From IMG/VR virus record IMGVR_UViG_3300012979_000031, positions 1 to 64,000 of that record: a stretch of DNA of 64,000 bases. One strand, written 5' to 3'. The position numbers and the translations under genes were made by a program. The DNA is from a virus. Taxonomy: Duplodnaviria > Caudoviricetes. The notes under the pieces are model-generated. The model was not told the DNA's origin. It did no database searches and was given only the letters and a program-made list of their open reading frames with translations. The first letter of the stretch is position 1. Every line of letters starts with the position of its first letter. This document shows positions 58,224 to 64,000 of the stretch, one piece after another.

Positions 58224-59314
58224 GTAACAATATTAGTGGTGATGTAAACGGAATTTCTGTATATTTTAAACCTTGGACTACAGAACATTATTTTAGTATA
58301 TCCGTTCTTAAAATTCATGAAGAGCTTGGAGGTGAAATAGCAGGAGGTTATATGAAATTAATTCTACATGATGTTTCTGATGTAGAGTCTGTAAAATTAG
58401 TAACCGAACTAGATACAGGCACTATTGAGATATCTTATAACTACAATAATACTCCTGTCCTGAGAATTCCTGTATATATCACTACTAAAAGTTACTTCAA
58501 AAATTTCCTAGAGATTAAATTCCTTTGTACTTCTAGGGGTAATGATGACTTCCTTGTAAAACTAACTTCTCAAACCTATACCGGAATTGAAGAAGCTATT
58601 AGTACATATTTTCCAGAACCAGATACAGACATAGATCCTATTACAGACTTAGAGAAAATCAGAATTCAACAAATAAATGAAACTGGTATAGACTTCTGTA
58701 ATAGACTGGCCACCGGTTGGAATTCATCTACTGTCTTTGGTTATAATGCTGAAGGTAATATAATCATTAGAGATGTATCCGATCCAGGGAAAACTAAAGC
58801 AAAAGTAATCCTGGGAAAAACTAGAAGATTTAAAGAGGCACCTATTCTATCTAGGACTCCTCTACTTGATACTGAACCTATTAATCCTTGGGAAAAAGAA
58901 AGTAAAGATATTGATTATAACCTCACCAGAAAAGACTACTCTGATGTAATACCTGTAAACCTAGAGTCTAATGTGTATAGAGAGTCTTATAACATTTTCT
59001 CTAAACAATACTCCCCCTTGATGGCTGCTTATTCTACTAATCTCAGACTACTTAAATCTAAATTCTATTCTGAAGGTGAATTAGTGGCTCTAAGTTATCC
59101 TCAATATAGACTAGGGGATATCGTAGAACTAACTTATGAGGGTGGTGATGTAAAGAAATCTGATAAAGAAAATGAACCTATACTCTATACTAAGAATTAC
59201 TTGGTAGCTAGCTGGAACTTTTTCTGGGTAGGAGCAGGAGCAGAGGGTGAAACTGATAAAAATGGTGCTCCCTTCTCTGTGATCTCAGACTTATATGGAC
59301 TAGATAAATATTAA
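58220..59314 (+). CDS. baseplate hub protein (gp27/gpD-like)
   Basis: IQQINET.IDFCNRLA, YRLGDIVEL; synteny. Confidence 0.55.
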   Translation: MSNNISGDVNGISVYFKPWTTEHYFSISVLKIHEELGGEIAGGYMKLILHDVSDVESVKLVTELDTGTIEISYNYNNTPVLRIPVYITTKSYFKNFLEIKFLCTSRGNDDFLVKLTSQTYTGIEEAISTYFPEPDTDIDPITDLEKIRIQQINETGIDFCNRLATGWNSSTVFGYNAEGNIIIRDVSDPGKTKAKVILGKTRRFKEAPILSRTPLLDTEPINPWEKESKDIDYNLTRKDYSDVIPVNLESNVYRESYNIFSKQYSPLMAAYSTNLRLLKSKFYSEGELVALSYPQYRLGDIVELTYEGGDVKKSDKENEPILYTKNYLVASWNFFWVGAGAEGETDKNGAPFSVISDLYGLDKY

Positions 59315-59319
59315 AACTT

Positions 59320-59943
59320 ATGAATAACAATTACTATCTTGGTATCGTGGTTGCTGTAGATAATCACGAACTACTAACTAAAAGCAAAGAACATAGAGAA
59401 ATTATAGCAGATGTTCCCGGGGTTATTGAAGGAATCTTAGCTTATCCTAAAAGTTCTGAGCTAGATGAACCTAAAGTCGGAGACCCTGTTATCTTGGAAT
59501 GCTTAGACCCTATTCACAATTCCTACTTCACTTACTATAAATTAAAAGAAAATAATTTTATAGGTATTCGTGCAGCCGGGAAAATGATTAGTATAACTCC
59601 TGATAACATAACTATTGGAATATTTGATAAAGATACTTCCTACTCCGATGATGAAATTCCAGAATCTAAGACTACAATTAAAATAGACTCTGAAGGAAAT
59701 ATAGAAGTGGTTTCAGAAAATAATATTCACGTAACTTCTAATAATAATATAAACATAGAGTCTAAGGGTAATATAAGTATAGACGCTGGAAATAATGAGG
59801 TATCACTGAAAAATATAAGCTCACTAAAAACAGCAGGAGGCCAATCGATTGCTAATGGAACTGGCGGTTTTTGTGGTATACCTATTTGTCCTTTTACTGG
59901 AGCTGCTCACGTATCTAATGAAATAACAGGAATACATGAATGA
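59320..59943 (+). CDS. baseplate central spike (gp5/gpV-like OB fold plus beta-helix)
   Basis: GIVVAVD..EPKVGDPV; I.I....NI.I repeats; C-terminal CPFTG..H. Confidence 0.65.
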   Translation: MNNNYYLGIVVAVDNHELLTKSKEHREIIADVPGVIEGILAYPKSSELDEPKVGDPVILECLDPIHNSYFTYYKLKENNFIGIRAAGKMISITPDNITIGIFDKDTSYSDDEIPESKTTIKIDSEGNIEVVSENNIHVTSNNNINIESKGNISIDAGNNEVSLKNISSLKTAGGQSIANGTGGFCGIPICPFTGAAHVSNEITGIHE

Positions 59944-60565
59944 ACTAACTAAGGCTACTACTATACTGGGAATGAACCTGGAAAATGCTTGTAAGTGGTT
60001 GGATAAGGTAGAACAGAATACTTACTACTCCCTAATGAAAAATTTTAGAGATACTATTGCTGACTACTTGAGGGATTACGTAGAGTACACAGCAACTTTC
60101 AATGGTAATATAACTTCTACTACACCTCCAACACCACTGGTCCAGGTTCCACTACAAAAAGGCAAATTATCTACTGACCTGATGAAAACCCTACCTCCAC
60201 CAGTTTGCTCTATGTATTCAATCGAGAGTGGGGAAGATGGTCTTAGTCAATGGATAACCTGGATGACTAGTGTGTATGCTCAAATAACTTCTGGAACTTT
60301 TATACTCGGAACTAACTTTCAACCAACTTCTATGACTACTCCGATGGGTAATTTTCCTGCCTTTACATCTTTAAGTCTAGGCTGGAGTAGAGATGATTTA
60401 TTAGGCGCTCTGGAAAATAAACAAAGCATTTTCGATACAATAGCTGGTAATATAATATCTGACTTGAAGAGAAGTATAACAATTCCTTCTTATCCAAGTT
60501 CAGGGACTATAAGCATGCAACCAGTCTTAGGAACAGATACTATAACTACGTTTATCTATCCTTGA
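59936..60565 (+). CDS. baseplate-associated hypothetical protein
   Basis: Coupled to the spike gene; followed by terminator 60577-60610. Confidence 0.5.
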   Translation: MNELTKATTILGMNLENACKWLDKVEQNTYYSLMKNFRDTIADYLRDYVEYTATFNGNITSTTPPTPLVQVPLQKGKLSTDLMKTLPPPVCSMYSIESGEDGLSQWITWMTSVYAQITSGTFILGTNFQPTSMTTPMGNFPAFTSLSLGWSRDDLLGALENKQSIFDTIAGNIISDLKRSITIPSYPSSGTISMQPVLGTDTITTFIYP

Positions 60566-60619
60566 AAAAAAAATAAAGAGAGGGAACACTATATCCTTCT
60601 CTTCTTTTTTACTAATTTA

Positions 60620-60690
60620 CAGAAAAAAAATAAAGCCAATCCATCACAGACTAGCTTTATTCATTACCACAATTTCGATTTTGACATTTT
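60620..60690 (-). ncRNA. candidate ~65-nt small RNA ending in the same GUGAU-loop hairpin
   Basis: Promoter motif CTTATATATG 60701-60692; hairpin AAAGCTAGTCT-GTGAT-GGATTGGCTTT plus U-run; no ORF longer than 7 aa. Confidence 0.4.
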
Positions 60691-60720
60691 ACATATATAA
60701 GGAATCTAGGGGAAGAGATG

Positions 60721-61035
60721 TTATGCCTGTCCCCATTTATTTAGTTCTGCATAATCTGAGCCTGGTAAGAACTGAATATTACTCTTTAGATTACCTATCA
60801 AGTCATCAATAGATTTAAATAAATTATCCCTAGTTATAGTTATCTTGGCTTCTGATTTTACACCACTACTATTACTATAACTATACTTCACCTGATAAAC
60901 TTCATCTGCAGACTTAATATCACTCTCATTTTTCCACAGCTTAATCTCTATATAAGTTACTTCTCCTTGCACAATCTTTTCATCTGCTAGAAAAAATACC
61001 TCACTTCCAATATCAAACTTAGTCTCTAGTATCAT
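60721..61035 (-). CDS. hypothetical protein
   Basis: 104-aa ORF; TKFDIG.EVFF. Confidence 0.55.
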   Translation of the reverse strand: MILETKFDIGSEVFFLADEKIVQGEVTYIEIKLWKNESDIKSADEVYQVKYSYSNSSGVKSEAKITITRDNLFKSIDDLIGNLKSNIQFLPGSDYAELNKWGQA

Positions 61036-61046
61036 AACTTAAAAAA

Positions 61047-61592
61047 TTAATATTTATTAAACTTAATAGGCTTCTTTACTCCATTATTATCCAAGGATTT
61101 AAATACTCTAAGTACTAATCCTAACTCCTCTATTATAGCATCAGTAACTTTCTCCTTAGCTTTCTTGTTTGTCTTAGCTAGCTTTGATAAGAAACGAGTC
61201 TTTCCTAGGAATGGAGTTAATTCTCGATACCCTAAAATCTTATCTAGTAACTTTATAAATTCCTCTTTATCAAGCTCAATAGATTTTTCTCTCGAATTAA
61301 ACATCTTAGCCCACACCGCTTTTACTATCTTCTTAGATTTCTCCTCCCAGAACAAACCTAATAATCTATTTAACGAAACCGCAACTCCAGGGACACCATA
61401 CTTATTTAATTGTAGTAATAGGATCTTTCGAACTTCCTTGTACTTCACTGTGATGGTAATAGGATCTTCAGGTTTCAGCTTCTCTATCCAGTTAAAGAAG
61501 AATATATTTCCCTCTATCTCAGAAAGCGCTTCTCCTTTACTGATCTTCTTATTAATGTTCTTCAATGACCTTTTCTTTGCATCAGATTTCAT
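61047..61592 (-). CDS. basic hypothetical protein
   Basis: 181-aa ORF with upstream promoter motif. Confidence 0.55.
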   Translation of the reverse strand: MKSDAKKRSLKNINKKISKGEALSEIEGNIFFFNWIEKLKPEDPITITVKYKEVRKILLLQLNKYGVPGVAVSLNRLLGLFWEEKSKKIVKAVWAKMFNSREKSIELDKEEFIKLLDKILGYRELTPFLGKTRFLSKLAKTNKKAKEKVTDAIIEELGLVLRVFKSLDNNGVKKPIKFNKY

Positions 61593-61698
61593 AGTAATAA
61601 TTATTTTAATCTACATTTATAAGATTAATCTAGCCTATGATCAGTGAATTCAAGAAAAAAAAAAGAAGACCTATCTCTAAGCCTTCTCTTTCTATTTT

Positions 61699-62391
61699 CT
61701 ATTCCACTTCTTTGTACACTACTCTTCTCATATTACAACCTATAAAGTTACCTATGATAGAAGAAATCCAAATTAAAACCGGAGCATTATACCAATTGTC
61801 ACCTGCCTTTATCATATAATTTTCTAGATATTGTAACCCTGGTATATAATCTGGTGCTCCTATAAACGGTGATGCTGCCATTGCATAATAAGTCTTAATG
61901 TCATAGAAGAAACCTAATGCATAGTAAAAACAATCTGCAATACTATGATAGAATCCACATAAAATAAATGCAGGAACTCCAAGTAATACCGGAACTACAT
62001 TTCCGGTCTTCTTATATGCATAAACTATACAATCAATAATAACTCCACACATCACGGCCTTTGAAATTGCCTCTAATACTGTAGTTGAGTATCTTGTCTC
62101 TAAGGTCTTCCTCAAACTCTCACCTACAACATCTGAAATAACTGGAATAGAACAAATACCTGCCGTAATAATACAGCCAATGAAATTACCTACTAGGATA
62201 ACTCCAAAGAGCTTTCCTAACTCACTTTTTAGGTCTACTGTTCCCGCTTTTACTGTGAATAGATTAGCGGAAAACATACATACTAAGACTAGCCCTAAAC
62301 TAAATCCTAGAGCTCCAATCACGCCTCCTACATTAAGATATACGAAACTCGCTATCCCAATAAAGAACCCTGCTAAAATAGAATTTCTCAT
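61699..62391 (-). CDS. formate/nitrite transporter (FNT) family channel
   Basis: SILAG.FIG, FSLGL, NLFT, GNFIG, F..CGFYHSIAD, GNFIG. Confidence 0.85.
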   Translation of the reverse strand: MRNSILAGFFIGIASFVYLNVGGVIGALGFSLGLVLVCMFSANLFTVKAGTVDLKSELGKLFGVILVGNFIGCIITAGICSIPVISDVVGESLRKTLETRYSTTVLEAISKAVMCGVIIDCIVYAYKKTGNVVPVLLGVPAFILCGFYHSIADCFYYALGFFYDIKTYYAMAASPFIGAPDYIPGLQYLENYMIKAGDNWYNAPVLIWISSIIGNFIGCNMRRVVYKEVE

Positions 62392-62418
62392 TTTTATTTG
62401 TTTTAAATGTTATTATTT

Positions 62419-63612
62419 CTATATATAAGGGTTTTCTGACTTATTAATTTTATAGATAGTGTAGTTAGAAATAAGATATAGAATAGCTAGGACATAAAAT
62501 AGAGTATTATATCCAAGCTCTAGTCTATTTACAATTATATTAGACAAGGAATTACCACACAATCCAGCCACACCCCAAGCAGATAAAGCAAGACCGTGAA
62601 CGATACTTAATTTTTTTACTCCGTAAGTGTCTGCAATAATAGGAGGAAGTGAAGAGAAACCACCACCATAACCTAGATTGATGATAAGAATAAGAGCTAA
62701 GATAATAGAAGCGTTCCCTAGATTACCTAATACACAAATTATAGTACAGAGTGTTAAGAATGTTGTATAAGTTAGAGTTTTGTTTTTCAGGTAATCAGAC
62801 CAAGTTGCAAAACCTATTCTTCCTATAGTATTAGACAGGGCGGATAATGAGCTAACAATTCCCGCAGAGATAAGGATACTATATTCTGCTACTATATTTT
62901 TCTCGAATGATATAATAGCTAGACCACAAGTAATATTAAGGAAGAAAGCGAACCACAGTTTTAGGAATACCTTATCAGTTTTTACAAATTCTACCACATT
63001 AAAATCTTCTTTCAAGTGTATATCTTCGCTCTCCGGTTTCTTGATGAGTAGAGTTGCCGTAAGAATAGAAACAGCTCCAATACCAGAAATAGTTAAGATA
63101 GTACAGTAAGTAGAGGTATTAACTAGTAGGTATTCGATCATTGGGGAGAAAATAACTTTAGACAATCCAAACCCGGCAATAGCGATACCTGCAGCTAGTC
63201 CTTTATTATCTTTAAACCAGAGCATAAGAGTTTTAACTGGAGTAAGATAACCAATCCCTAGACCTATACCCATTACTACTCCATAGCCTATAATAAAGAG
63301 TGAGGCAAGCTTAGTATCGATCCCTAGAGCTGCAATCCCCAGGCCGGAACAGAAGAATATACCAGAAACGAGAGCAGATAGTGTAACGTTTTTCTCTACG
63401 AACTTACTACAAAAAGCTGCAGACATACCTAAGAAGAAGATAGCCAGTGAAAATGCAACCTCAATATCAGAAGTCTTAACACCAAGGTCACCAGCCACAC
63501 TATCTTTAAGGAGTGACCAACAATAAACGCTACCGATACATACATGAATTAACAAAGCTGGGATTGCACCACAGATCCATTTGTTTTCTTTTTTGTTTAA
63601 TAGTTTTATCAT
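62419..63612 (-). CDS. OFA-family (oxalate:formate antiporter-like) MFS transporter
   Basis: GSVYCWS, GIGLGIGY.TP, WF...GLAAG, YGGGFS, HGL.LSAW; ~12 TM. Confidence 0.85.
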   Translation of the reverse strand: MIKLLNKKENKWICGAIPALLIHVCIGSVYCWSLLKDSVAGDLGVKTSDIEVAFSLAIFFLGMSAAFCSKFVEKNVTLSALVSGIFFCSGLGIAALGIDTKLASLFIIGYGVVMGIGLGIGYLTPVKTLMLWFKDNKGLAAGIAIAGFGLSKVIFSPMIEYLLVNTSTYCTILTISGIGAVSILTATLLIKKPESEDIHLKEDFNVVEFVKTDKVFLKLWFAFFLNITCGLAIISFEKNIVAEYSILISAGIVSSLSALSNTIGRIGFATWSDYLKNKTLTYTTFLTLCTIICVLGNLGNASIILALILIINLGYGGGFSSLPPIIADTYGVKKLSIVHGLALSAWGVAGLCGNSLSNIIVNRLELGYNTLFYVLAILYLISNYTIYKINKSENPYI

Positions 63613-63671
63613 AATATTTTAAATTTAATTAATCGTATATAAGGGTTTCAAGAATTCTATACCTTCTTTCT

Positions 63672-64000
63672 TTATAACTTTTCTAATATTCTTACACCCT
63701 CTATTTGTTTACCTTCTACTGATTTTGTAGCTCTCTTTGTTTTTAAATATTTATCTAGTTCTGATGCCTTTGGACAAGCTTTATAACCAAGATTACTATA
63801 GATTTCTCCTAATAATTTTTTCACGTCCTTGTTAGAATAAAACTCACCTACCTGAAAAGTATTGTAGATGTTATTAAGTAAGGCTTCTTCATCTACCTTC
63901 ACCTCTTCTTTCTTTTTTTTCTTCCTTTTCTTTCTTCAATTTTCTTACCTTCACTTTTATAACTCCATTCTTAATATCTTCGTACTCTCTTCTAATATCC
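63672..64000 (-). pseudogene. 3' end of another shared-C-terminal-domain family gene, apparently frameshifted at an A8 run
   Basis: Upstream frame DIRREYEDI matches family KIRKEFEDL; removing one base of T8 (63913-63920) joins it to ORF 63672..63902. Confidence 0.5.

Noticed and set aside
10179-61819. Antisense or overlapping ORFs in the track (e.g. 10179..10580, 28131..28433, 44756..45316, 61165..61647)
   Set aside because: Shadows of codon-biased genes on the opposite strand; no start context or motifs
1-64000. Stop-codon reassignment (TAG to Gln as in Lak and some crAss-like phages)
   Set aside because: Coding density is high under the standard code; long structural genes are intact and TAG ends normal genes (e.g. 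23891)
1-64000. tRNA genes, rRNA, CRISPR arrays, IS transposases
   Set aside because: No cloverleaf/T-loop signature, repeat-spacer periodicity or transposase motif seen by eye

Overview
This AT-rich 64 kb window looks like the virion-morphogenesis region of a large T4-like (contractile-tail) phage. The host is probably a Bacteroidota member, inferred from SD-less A-rich leaders, TAnnTTTG-like promoters, BACON-like repeats and an M42 peptidase. Recognisable core genes are terminase large subunit, portal, prohead protease, acidic scaffold, gp23-like major capsid, sheath, tube, baseplate genes, a tape-measure-like protein with a lysozyme domain, and an endolysin. Accessory genes include a MoxR/VWA pair, two formate/nitrite-channel-like genes, an OFA-type MFS transporter, and a helicase-like/T5orf172-like family sharing a C-terminal domain. 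The standout feature is about 25 otherwise unrelated genes that begin with one ~10-aa leader (M-I-I-[LF]-R-x-K-x-[FY], or M-x-R-[FY]-I-L-K-R-K-x-[FY]). The leader ends in a [KR]-x-[FY]-[SAGT] motif that also recurs many times inside the scaffold, the protease tail and the capsid propeptide. Most leader-bearing proteins carry Gly-zipper membrane helices with basic tails. My inference is a capsid-targeting and prohead-protease-maturation system that loads a large arsenal of membrane-active proteins into the head. Two members are frameshifted in or just after the leader (a C10 tract and a 5-bp duplication). All assignments come from motifs read by eye; no database searches were run.
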